64,000 nt of DNA from Mytilus trossulus (Eukaryota), in contig NC_086378.1 of the NCBI RefSeq assembly GCF_036588685.1, forward strand, positions 67,642,001-67,706,000, given 5' to 3'. Numbering within the stretch: position 1 is the first letter of the stretch; each line of letters starts with the position of its first letter. Below the pieces are notes generated by a model. That model searched no databases, was not told the DNA's origin, and saw nothing but the letters and a program-made list of their open reading frames with translations. The translations under genes were made by a program, and so were the position numbers. Below are positions 52,896-64,000 of this stretch, in pieces.

Positions 52896-54953
52896 GGACA
52901 GACTTTCCTTTTAAAACGTTTTCAACAGATGTTTAATACTTGTCTGTCTTCAGGTATATACCAAACATCTTGGGCTGAAGGTTATATTACACCAATTTTT
53001 AAAAGCAACGATACAAGTGACCCTAACAATTATAGAGGAATAACAATAACAAGTGCAATTGGAAAGCTTTTTAATAGAATATTAAGTCTAAGACTGGACA
53101 AATTTCTTCAGGAACATAATATTATACATGATAGTCAAATTGGATTCACAAGGAAAGCCAGAACTGCAGATCATATGTTTATTTTAAACTGTATTATTAA
53201 CAAATACTGTAATTCAAAAGAAGGTAGACTGTTTGCCTGTTTTGTTGATTTTCAGAAGGCTTTTGACACTGTTATACATACAGGGATCAAGATTAAACTA
53301 CTAGATATTGGGGCTGGGTCTTATTTTTATAACATTATTAAAAGTATGTATGAAATTAGCAAATCATGTGTCAAAATTCAAAATCAAGTAAGTGATTTTT
53401 TCCCATTAGATATTGGAGTCAAACAAGGTGACAACCTCAGTCCGAATTTATTCAAGATATTCATAAATGATTTGCCCAGATATTTGTCAGATACTAGAGA
53501 CCCAGTTAATGTCAATGACAAAGATCTACATTGTTTAATGTATGCTGATGATATTGTTTTATTATCTACATCAGCTGAAGGACTACAAGAAAAGCTGGGA
53601 ATGCTTGATAAATTTTGCAAAGATTGGTGTCTCAATGTGAATACTAATAAGACAAAGGTGCTGATTTTCAACAAGGCAGGCAGACATGTAAAACAGATAT
53701 TCACATTTCAGAATATAAATCTGGAATGTGTTTCAAAATACAAATACCTAGGTTTATATTTAAGCTCATCTGGTTTATTCAGTTATGCTCAAAATAAACT
53801 ATACAAAAAATCCCTGAAAGCTCATTTCAAATTAAGGAAAGATCTTTTATCACTTAATCCTAATGTAAAAACAAGTATTCATGTTTTTGACCACACTGTA
53901 AAACCTATTTTATTATATGGTAGCGAAATATGGGGGATGTTTAATTCTTTTTCCTCTAAATGTAAGAAGGAAGATATATCTTTTGAAAAATTATATTCAG
54001 GTTTACCCTGTGAGAAACTTCATATAAAATTTTGTAAATTTATACTTGGGGTACACAAGAAAACAACAAATGCTGCAGTGTTATCTGAACTTGGAAGATT
54101 TCTAATATATTTTAATATTATAAAAGGAATGTTATTGTACTGGTATAGATTAGAGAATTTAGGTAATAATTTTCCTCTATTAAAATAGAAAATGTTGAGT
54201 TACTTAAAATAATATGTAATTTTATATACAAACATCTTCCTTAGTGAAGATTAGTTAAAGGAAATCTATGTGTGTATATACATTTGATTGGACATAGAAA
54301 ATTATATTCATCTGAATATCACAAACATACTACGTAGCCGATTAAAAACAAAGAAAAAAATTGTTAAGATATATTATTTATTCAAATGTTCTCTTATATC
54401 CTTGAGGCATCGTCCCCTGGTATCAAATGCATTCAAGTTACCTATGATGCTTCCTTGTTTGCTTTTGATACAGGTAGGAAAGAGACATTTACACACATTT
54501 TACATGCCTATGGCCCATAAGGTATCGCCCCCTGGTGTCAGCTGCCTTTAGGAAACCATAATGCTTTCCTATTTGCTGCTGACACAGGATGAGTCATGGA
54601 CATGTTTAATTTCTACTTTCTTTTTGGCTAATTATTATATATTTAATTGATCCAACTTTTTGTGTACTATACATATGTGGATATCTATTTTTCTTTTTTT
54701 CTTTTTGGGCTGCTTGTTTGTTATCTATATCAACCACACTTGCAATAAAATGCATTAGTATTAAAAAAAACTACATACTTATAATAGATTCTTTATCTAC
54801 GTATTCTTTAAGAACTTAAATAGTTCTCGTTTAACTTTTTTTTTTTATCTCATTGTTTGTATTGTATTATGAAAAAATTATTGATGTTGTAATGTTTATG
54901 CCCTTTGGGGCCCATAATTGGAAAATAAAATATCTTATCTTATCTATCTATCT
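52896..54953 (+). mobile_element. 5'-truncated non-LTR retrotransposon (LINE, CR1/L2-group-like) with (TATCT)n tail and TATAAAC target duplication
   Basis: RT ORF; 3' hairpin GCCCTTTGGGGC + AATAAA + TATCT repeats at ~54900-54953; TATAAAC at 52889-52895 and 54954-54960; splits one unit of a local satellite. Confidence 0.85.
52929..54188 (+). CDS. LINE ORF2 reverse transcriptase domain (truncated; no endonuclease domain)
   Basis: PIFK...DPNNYRGI, QIGF, FVDFQKAFD, GVKQGDNLSPNLF, YADD, KTKVL, YKYLG. Confidence 0.93.
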   Translation: MFNTCLSSGIYQTSWAEGYITPIFKSNDTSDPNNYRGITITSAIGKLFNRILSLRLDKFLQEHNIIHDSQIGFTRKARTADHMFILNCIINKYCNSKEGRLFACFVDFQKAFDTVIHTGIKIKLLDIGAGSYFYNIIKSMYEISKSCVKIQNQVSDFFPLDIGVKQGDNLSPNLFKIFINDLPRYLSDTRDPVNVNDKDLHCLMYADDIVLLSTSAEGLQEKLGMLDKFCKDWCLNVNTNKTKVLIFNKAGRHVKQIFTFQNINLECVSKYKYLGLYLSSSGLFSYAQNKLYKKSLKAHFKLRKDLLSLNPNVKTSIHVFDHTVKPILLYGSEIWGMFNSFSSKCKKEDISFEKLYSGLPCEKLHIKFCKFILGVHKKTTNAAVLSELGRFLIYFNIIKGMLLYWYRLENLGNNFPLLK

Positions 54954-54974
54954 TATAAACAGTTTTAAAGAATG

Positions 54975-55235
54975 AAACTGTTTATATATATATAATCATG
55001 GTTTAGTCCCACCTCTTATGTAAATTGAGGTATTGTTCCGTATGGGTGAGATTAAACCATGATTATATATAAACAGTTTTTAAAGAATGAATCTTATATA
55101 TAATCATGGTTTAGTCCCACCTCTTATGTTAAATGAGGTATTTTCCCGTATGGGTGGGATTAAACCATGATTATATATAAGATTCATTCTTTAAAAACTG
55201 TTTATATATAATCATGGTTTAATCTCACCCATATT
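54975..55235. repeat. Palindromic ~105-bp tandem/inverted repeat array related to the 57-bp minisatellite
   Basis: Units ATAATCATGGTTTAGTCCCAC...GTGGGATTAAACCATGATTAT repeated; also present at 52810-52895. Confidence 0.7.
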
Positions 55236-55875
55236 TATATATACAGTTTTAATAAAAATTAATACCCTTAACATGCTTAAGATCATTGTTTATTTATTAT
55301 TAAACATGGTATTTTTATATTTTATCGATATTTTTATCATTTTATTAAACAGACATAAAAATAGGTTTTTTTTATCGTTGTAGTAAAAAAAATCCCACGT
55401 GGGACTAAACCGTGATTATGCCGTAATAACAATATATACATTCATTTAAACGACTTTTACGTATATTAGATTCAAACTCGATTTTAAATTGATAGGCTGT
55501 ATTTTATTTTAAAACATTTCTTTCACATATTTTATTCAAAAATAAATATCATCATCTCATAGATTCATATATAAATAATGTAAAAAAAAGAAGAATAAAA
55601 CATAGAACAAAACAGTAAATAACACAATCTACAAATCATAGGCCGAGTTTGTTGAAGTACGAGTTATGATAGTCCGAGTTTCTGAAAGGCCGACTATGTT
55701 CAGTTTAGGCCGACTCAACCAAGCACCACTGGTATTAGGATATACCTTAAAATGGAAGGAAAAGTTTCGTAATCACAGAAGTAGCGAAAAAACGTAGAGG
55801 ACTTCACCCAATTTCATCAGCAAAAGTCTTGAATTCCTTCAGAATTTTCGTTTTTTGTTTGTCAAATTGTGTGTC

Positions 55876-58800
55876 ATGTCGCTGTGGCAGTTTTACCGCT
55901 CAGGACGACGGCATTTCAGCATTTGCAATAGCTTGAACAAGTTACACAACAACAGAACTGCGATCAATTCCTTACTTAGACAGTACTCTGTATTGAAACA
56001 AAATAATTCAAGATTTTTATTCAAAAAGTTTCAGGTAAAACAAACTTGATGTCACTTGTTCTGTATGATATCTGTATCAGTCTCTATGAACATTTTAATA
56101 TCAAACAACACTCCAAGAGCCTGAAGAGGGGGTCTAATGAATGCTAGTCAATTCGTTCCAAGTCCGATTCGTTCCAAACCAGTTCGTTCCAGATTTGGAC
56201 AATTCGTACCAAGTCAATTGTCAATTCGTACCAACTGATTTATTTTATTATTAATCAGACTTAACAATTTGTTTCAACTGATTTAGTTCATTATCAATCA
56301 GAGTTAACAATTTGTTCCAACTTTATTATAATGTTTGTGTCCGTAAATCACTGAATTTGTGTAAATCAACCAACCCACTGTTCATGGCAAAAATTGTCAA
56401 TTCCTTGTCATTTTGTTTATGTATATTTCATATAATAGATCGTTTTTCAATCAGCTCAGACCACTTGCTTTCACCAATCATATTGATAACCTCTATCTTG
56501 AGACGGTTGTAATATATTTGTCTAGTTGAAAATAAGGCAGTCACCAAGTTTCCAAGATAATGTTGATTTAATACTGTTTGCTTTACTAAATACTACTGCT
56601 TTGGTCTTTTTGGGGTGAATTGAAACTCTGTCTTGCACAGCATATCTAGGTAAGGTGGATAACATACATTGTAGTTCGTTTGGATTTGAAGACAAGAGAG
56701 CGATATCGTCCGCACATGTAGGACATCCCAGATAAACATTGCCCATCCTGAAACCTAGCCTTGTTTCCTGTAATTCCATCAGTAAATTTACCTTTCTTCC
56801 CAATTAATAAATCATAGATTTATTTTAAAGCTAAGTATTTATTTACATTATATATATAAGTACAGCATTATAAATTGAAATAATAAGGCTATGCAAATTA
56901 GGAGATAACTGTATTGTATTTTAAGCTCCGACGGCATCAATTGGGGATTTGATGGTCGCAAATTAAGTTTACTGGTGACGCGTTAGCGGAGACAGTAAAC
57001 GGGTATTTGCGACCATCAAATCCAAAATTGATGCCGTCGGAGCTTAAAATACAATATTGTTATCTCCATTCTAATGAAACTGACAGAAAACAACGTTAAA
57101 ACATGTATTTAAAACCTGTCATATGCCGTCTGCGCTTGCGCGTACTTCTCATAGCATCAATTGTCAATTGATGCCATGTAAGAAAGTGACGTTATCCAAT
57201 CAAAATGAACGTTACAAACGTTGTTGCATTAGAATGGTTATTATTGTTTAATACTGTTCTTAAATAAGTTGGAACGAACTGACAAGTTTTGGAAAAAGTT
57301 GGAACGAATTGTCAAAGCAACTTGGTACGAATTTGTTGGGACGAATCGGAGTTGGAACGAATCATCCAGATACCGGTCTAATACACCTTATCGCTAATAC
57401 CGGCTGACCCAGCCACTTGAAATTTAGACATCCACAACAATTACTTTTCCATTGTGGCGTCAGATATCTTGTTTTATGAAGTCAAACTTTTACAGGAACC
57501 TTTGTGATATCCAGTAAATAGCGATAAGGTGTATGATGTTATGACTTATGTAATGAAAATTGCCTCATACACCTTATAAAATTGAGAATGGAATCATATT
57601 TAGAAATCGATTCTGCTTGACCTGTGAATCTGTGCCATTTAAACTTTGATGTCATACATGTCATACAACTAACAGTTTTCCATTGTGGAATCAGATATTT
57701 TCTTTTGTGTCATCAAAATTTTACAGAAACCTTTGTGATATCATGTAATGGCAGAGAAATAGCGATAAAGGCTTAAAGTGTATTGTAATTGGAGAAAAAT
57801 TTAACACTGCATAATCTTCAATTTGTTTTCTAATTTGAAAGAAATTCAATAAACCTATTTACAGTTGGTATTTGGCTGAGTTTTGTTGCAGAATGACCTT
57901 TGATCTGTCTCCGATTATCTTTTGACATCATGCAGCATTTACTTATAAATTATGATATCCTTTTTTTAGATTGTGATCACTGATGTCAGATTTTACATGT
58001 TTTATGGGAACTTGTGTGATTTAATGTAGTTGCAGAAAAATTACAAACAAGTGTAAATACGTTCTCTCTGGGTACAGTCACTTACTCCACTGTGCAATTA
58101 AACATTAAATTATATATATTGTTAAACAGACAGCCATGATATAGCCAAGACTTCTGGCATGAAATGAAATGGGAAATATTTACTAAAACCAACTGTACAT
58201 TTTGTACATGTACATTAAACGTTTTTTTACCAAAATTATACATGTATGTGTATGTAAAAGCATGCGGTGAATATGCTTTTTTTTTAATTTAAAATCCAAT
58301 TCATACAGAAAAAAACTACTAAAATAAAACTAATATGGAATAAAATTAATTATTCAATGGAAATACTTTAAACAAGTCTGAAGTGTATCCTTTAGTGTAG
58401 AATTGACATCTAGCATTTTGATAAGACATTGACGTAATTGAGGCAACAGTAAAAGAGATACAAAGCAAGGTATAAATTCAAATATAAATGGCAAATGGCA
58501 TGAGCCCTAAATGGAGCAACATATTTACTCTTGTTCACTGGATGTTCCACGAGTAAATATCTCCTGCTAAGCAAGCATTATGCACATGCAAATCAAAATT
58601 CAGTCACAATAGTAAATTTTCAAAGTGGACAACTACTATCATGACAATGTATCTAAATAATTACAATCACTTAAACATCATGAACATGTACAACTTTAGC
58701 ATGTTTAGCTAGTGAGTTAAGAAACAAGACATTGTGCATCAATTATTAAAACAGAACTATAAATGTAACAGAACTAAACATCACCTACACAAAGACCTAT

Positions 58801-61800
58801 CATGCTTATTTTTCTATTGAAATTGATATATCAGATTTTAAATAGTTTGAAGTTGAACGTCTTTCTTTTCTTGTAGACAAATCAAAACAGAACTTTTCAT
58901 CAATTGAGCAGAGACTTCCGATTTCTTTCTTCCTTGTTGACAAAATGTGGTTTTCACAGAGAAGCCAATTTAGCAAAAGAAGTAGCAGGTATGATCATTT
59001 AATGATAACTAAAACTGTAGCAAGTATGATCACTCAATGATCATGATGATACATTGTAACTATAGCTGTTACGTCAGTACGTATCTGTATAGGATTCCTA
59101 TTAACCTCTTCAGAAGAACTAGTTTTTAACTCAGCATGGTTCAGTTAACATGGTGAAGCAAGGATAATACAATATTTTTTGTGTCCATTACTCAATATCC
59201 TTGCTTATCATTGCTTATACTCATTTTTTGTTCAGAAGTATCAGATTTTGATGAAACGTATTAATAATGAGAAATACTAAGCATGCTTAGTTCTATTGTA
59301 CAGCTGCTACATTTTGTATTTCTGTTTTCTGATGAAATGTTTGTAGGAGTTTCAAATACATGTAACAAAACATTGACTAAATATATACATGCAAAAGCCA
59401 AAGAATGCCCCCTTCTGCCTTTTCAAAAGATACATTTTACTAATTTCATGCCTTCTGGCGTTTCCGGTAAAATTGTTACCTGATTGTGTAACACTAATCA
59501 ACTGACAATAGGATTAAGTTAAATACCTAATGCCTTTGGCAGTTTTATCAGCTCTGCTAATGATTGTTTACTGCTAATTAGTGGATTTAAGATAATTGAA
59601 CAAATACTAGATATTTAATACAGAATGAAAATGCCCACATGTGTTACCCATTTGTAATGTTTACGTATCATAGCATATGTACACATAAAAAAATATATTT
59701 TTAAATAAAATTTAAAACAATTTAAAAGGCATACTAAGTTTTGACTAAAATTGGTAAATTGGTAAAAATGTTTTGTTTTATAACCACGAGTATGAAATTA
59801 AAAGAAGAACCAAAGAAATTTGTATTTGAACATAACAAGATTGCACCACTTCCTGTTTTATTTCTTGTATTATAATCCTCCTTACATAGGAGCACTTAAC
59901 AAAGGCTTTTATTTTTTTAACCATAATGGAGTTTATACCTACTGTAATATATATGCAATGTATTATTGCATCATTATAATATAATCATCTCTTGTATCAC
60001 CTGTTATATTTATAAAACTCCCTACTTAGGAGCACTTTGGTGTGCACTTCTTACTTAATACTTTTTTGTAACAACTTAAAGGATTACAAGTTAGGTAACT
60101 TTCAATAACACAAATACTATATGTCTAAACAAGTAATTTTAATGTAGATAATTTAATTACATAACAAATTCAATTTTGTTTAGCTCCATCTTTCAGAACT
60201 ACTTGTTTATTTTTATAGACTTGTATAATTAAGTTATATAAATTATAAAATAAAAAAATAAAAAATTTCTAAGGATTTTTTCCTGATCAAAATGCACAGT
60301 TTGCATAAATTAACATCAATTAAAATGATATGCTTTGTGTCATGGTATGATCATTTGATAATAAAAAAAATCTTACTGGAACCAACACTTGGAACACATT
60401 AATTTCTGAATAAGGTTGAAATACAAGTAATGTTCTGCAGCTGAGCCTAGCAATTTATACATGTATTCAAGGTTATTAATACACTGCCAAACAGTGCCCT
60501 TACAAATTGGGTTATTGCGCTAAAGTGCCCTTTCAGACATGTAGCACCCTTCTGCCCTGAGATTCAAGCTGGAACACTGGATGTGCCAAACATGCATTGA
60601 CAGGATTCTCTGCCACATAACAGGAAAATATTGTGAAATGTTTTGGAGCTTGTCATCCTCTCCTGGAACTTTTAATCATTTCAATTTGGGGAAATAAAAA
60701 AAATATAGTAAATTTGTCCAAAATTTTCAACCAACATGACCATGATGACCAAGGAATCATTTGAAAATTTCAAGTTATATATCTTTAGTTCAAGATAAGA
60801 TATAAACCTGTTGATATAAATTTCTAAAAAGAACCTTTTTACTTCATTTGTACTTCCAGGCCATGTGCGATGTTTCAGTACAACAGGAGCTCGTTTAGAC
60901 AAGACTGATTCAGATAAAAATAAACAAGAGAATGATGCAGATAAAGAAAAACATAATGATGAAGATGATGATAAAGACAAGGGTATGTATTCTATTTGAT
61001 CTACTGTGGCCATTGTTTCTCAGAATTATAAAAATTGATAGAAGAAATTGTGTATGAGTGCCAATGTGACAACAATCCATCCAAGTCACAATTAGTAAAA
61101 AGTAGTTATATAAACCACTGTAGGTCAAAGTTGGGTTTATAAAGATATATTTGTTCATGTTTTATTAAAAAAATAGGTACTTGAAGATCAAACAAACATC
61201 TGCTTACATGAGTAACTGATCGAGTCAGGAAATACATTGTAACATTCACATGATTAATTGCCTGATTTAAGTACGACACAATAATGAAAATAAAATATGA
61301 TATACAGCTACACTAACGACAGCTTCTGAATTACAGGCTGAGACTTGGGACAGGCACATACACACACCTTTTAGGGAAAGAATTGGGGAAATATGAACAT
61401 GATAAACACCATAATATTCAAAATGTTTAAAATGTGTGGTATTATATTTGTAGAAAATGAGAGGAAGGAGGCTATGGAACATATGTGGAGAATGTTAATA
61501 CGGGTTTCTGCCATTTCTTTAATTTTATTTATAATGATGAGTATGACTATGCCACCAGACCCTGCAGAGACGGCTAGTCCTTACAGCAAGATATATATCA
61601 CTTGGCAAGAATTCTATCATGATCTTTTACTCAAAGGAGAAGTAAGCTCATCACCTCCTATTTCAGTACCAATTCTAAATATACATATGCCTTAAGAAAG
61701 AAAAATTAAAACTTTTATTTGGTCTTTATGCTGTATCCTTTATTTTAAAGTAAAGTTTAACTATTAAACTGGAAATAATCAATCTGAAATGTATTTCAAT

Positions 61801-63614
61801 CTTATAGGTTGTAACTACAACAACCTTTTATTTTCTTACTATGTTTATAAATATTTTTTAGTAGTGGGGCTTTAATGGGCCAAATTAGGGGATACACATC
61901 CTTGTGATAAAATATACATTAAAATGTGCTTATTTATAGAAATTTAGGGATCATTTCAATACCTTTCAATGTGATATATAAATTTATGTTTACTTTTTTT
62001 CTAGGTTGATAGAATCCAGGTGTTGCCTAATGGTAAATATGTTCATGTTTATCCTCACCATGGTGCCATGTTTAAAGGAGAACCGGTATGTGTGAAATTT
62101 ACAATCATAGTTGTTTATTTAAAAGTTTCGTCAATAGTTAGGAAAATATATTTTTATAAACTGCAGAAGTGTAGATGGGTTGTTTATTCATGTAATCACC
62201 GTTGTCAATTACTTAATTGCTACTAAAATTATTCACTAAACCTTTTTGGTCCAAATACATGTTGTTTTGATGTGGCTTTAAGGTGGTATGGGAGTCTTAA
62301 ATAAAAACAATAGAATTTGTTCATACTTTGCCAATACAGTGGATATATTGATATATGTTCAAAAATATAATAAGAATGATAGGTCACCATGCATTTTCTC
62401 AAACTACAGGTTGTGATTGTATGGATTATACAGGAAAATACACCATTTTTGTTATTGGAAACTTAACTAAATAATAAAATGTAAAAAAAAATTACAAAAA
62501 AAAAATCGTGTAGACAAGGCTTTGAGAATATCAAAAGAAAAGATAGGGTCACCTTGTTTTTTCCGGCTAAATACAAATTAGGAAATTTCCATGAAGATCC
62601 TCAAAAAATGCAGTTTCAGAGTTACCTCCCCTTATATGCCAATTAAAAACATTTTTTTTTTTAGCCAAGATAATATACACTGACTGAATGAGAGTCAATA
62701 TAACTCGTGAAATGTTAGTAAGGTACAATGTATATATAGCATATTTTACATTTTTACTTGAGTTTGATTTCTTTTTTTTTATTAATGTTTTAAATTTGTT
62801 TAGGGTTAGCACACTTGTGTTGTCTCAAGCCTTAATAGTATAGAGTAATAGCTAGATATGCCTGATGAATGTTCCATTTTTTAGGCTTTTCAAAGATATG
62901 TGTTGACTTTACCAGATTCGAATTATAAGTTTGAAGAGAAGATACGGGAAGCAGAGAAGAAGTTGGGTATTGCTCCAGAAAATGGAGTTTCCATTCATTA
63001 TGAGAAAATTAAGTGAGTACAGTATCAATAACACTTAAACAATGTTATATTGACATGGCTTTTTAACTGCCTTTTGTCCTATTAAAAAGGGAAAAGGAAT
63101 GTTCCTGCGTATTTCATCTTAAAGTATTGTAATCAAAAGACTGCAACCAATTTAAACATTGTCGTATTTGTACCATGAACATGAACGTAAATACAAAATT
63201 TTACAAGAAATTTTATATAAAAAAAAGAAAAATCTTTTGAAGGAACAATTGTGATCAAAATTAAAATGAATGATATTACATGTACTATCATCTGGGAACT
63301 ACATGTTTTCTTTAATGGCTGTCATCAACTAATTTTCTGATATAATGTGCTTTAATGCAGAAATTTTGTTTAATGGGGATTTAGAAATTTAGATCTGTAC
63401 CCTAAATGGCCGAAAGCCCCAACAACTCACAAAGTTAATAATAATAAATATATGTCTGCATCGTTAAGTCTAATTCGTTGTTTGATATATTTTCAGTGCT
63501 CTTGAACAGAATATGATGAACCTATTGATTTTAGCAGTTGTTGCAATCCTTGCCTTCAGTATACTAGCTGGCACTTCTAAAACGGCTTCCTCAAATTCAT
63601 CTAAATCTATGTTT
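55876..63614 (+). CDS. SPG7: Paraplegin (mitochondrial m-AAA protease subunit), N-terminal 7 coding exons: 55876-56034, 58877-58988, 60860-60982, 61454-61641, 62005-62085, 62885-63012, 63497-63614; continues beyond window
   Basis: All GT-AG and frame-consistent. Arg/Ser/Leu-rich transit peptide, TM1, FtsH extracellular domain YITWQEFYHDLLLKGEVDRIQVLPNGKYVHVYPHHGAMFKGEP...KFEEKIREAEKKLGI...IHYEK (cf. paraplegin [40 protein letters not shown]), then TM2. Confidence 0.88.
56522..56790 (-). pseudogene. Internal fragment of a LINE reverse transcriptase
   Basis: LLMELQETRLGFRMGNVYLGCPTCADDIALLSSNPNELQCML...IHPKKTKAVVF: RT motifs 5-6 (CADD in place of YADD). Confidence 0.8.
56901..57067. repeat. 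Long hairpin (foldback) repeat
   Basis: ~63-bp arms GGAGATAAC..TTTTAAGCTCCGACGGCATCAATT..GATTTGATGGTCGCAAAT and their reverse complement, around a GCGTTAGC loop. Confidence 0.8.
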
Positions 63615-64000
63615 GTAAGTAGGCAATTTAGAATATAGCTTAAAGTTTACAATGCATAGAAATATTTTCATAAGCTACAATATAGTTAGTTAAAAATTTC
63701 CATACATGTATTTTCAAGACTAAAATATCAATCAGAACACCTTTAACAGATTTAGTGTATAGAAATCATAATCTGTCTGAAAAAAATGCCTTACGTTATG
63801 AAATAGTGTATTGTATTGTTTTAAACCTGGTTTTTTTATGCATGTACTGCACAGGTTTTTTGAAATGTGGTAACAATTCTTGATGACATGTTGACGCAAT
63901 GGAAAAAAAGTTATTTTAATTAAAAAAAAGAACTTTACACCGTGTTGTCATAGTTTTAGTATCTTTGCATCAATGATACCTTTGTATAATGTATATTTTA

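Larger units (their letters stand above)
56139..57374. mobile_element. Non-autonomous DNA element with inverted subterminal (A/G)TTCGT(T/A)CCA repeats and an 8-bp flanking duplication, in SPG7 intron 1
   Basis: GGTCTAAT at 56131-56138 and 57375-57382; TTCGTTCCAA arrays at the left end mirrored by TTGGAACGAA arrays at the right end. Confidence 0.7.

Noticed and set aside
53384-53704. 106-aa minus-strand ORF
   Set aside because: Antisense shadow of the LINE RT

Overview
AT-rich, intron-containing animal genomic DNA. The repeat content (hammerhead-ribozyme retrozyme/Penelope repeats, palindromic MITEs, a Helitron) is of the kind known from bivalves such as Mytilus; the taxon is an inference. 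Most short ORFs in the supplied track are noise. Reading splice sites by hand gives seven gene models, most of them only partly visible in the track: (1) the terminal exon of a caveolin (+, 1304-1630); (2) a 5-exon secreted Cys-rich protein of 189 aa (-, 4891-12192) whose introns carry a 2.3-kb pol-less LTR element and a MITE; (3) a 4-coding-exon DZIP3-type HEPN (RNKIAH) + 7x ankyrin protein of ~404 aa (-, 18379-23400) with a GC-AG intron and an ISRE-like motif at its 5' end; (4) a divergently oriented, apparently degenerate Mab-21/cGAS-like receptor (+, ~27634-28785); (5,6) two tandem two-exon micro-proteins with the same acidic / Cys-cluster / polybasic layout (+, 33554-36806 and 43120-44470); (7) the first 7 coding exons of paraplegin SPG7 (+, 55876-63614, runs off the window). 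The best candidate for an undescribed system is the head-to-head HEPN-ankyrin / cGLR-like pair, which resembles OAS-RNase L or CBASS sensor-effector logic. That link is a hypothesis, because both families are heavily expanded in bivalves. All gene models were read by eye and have no transcript support here.
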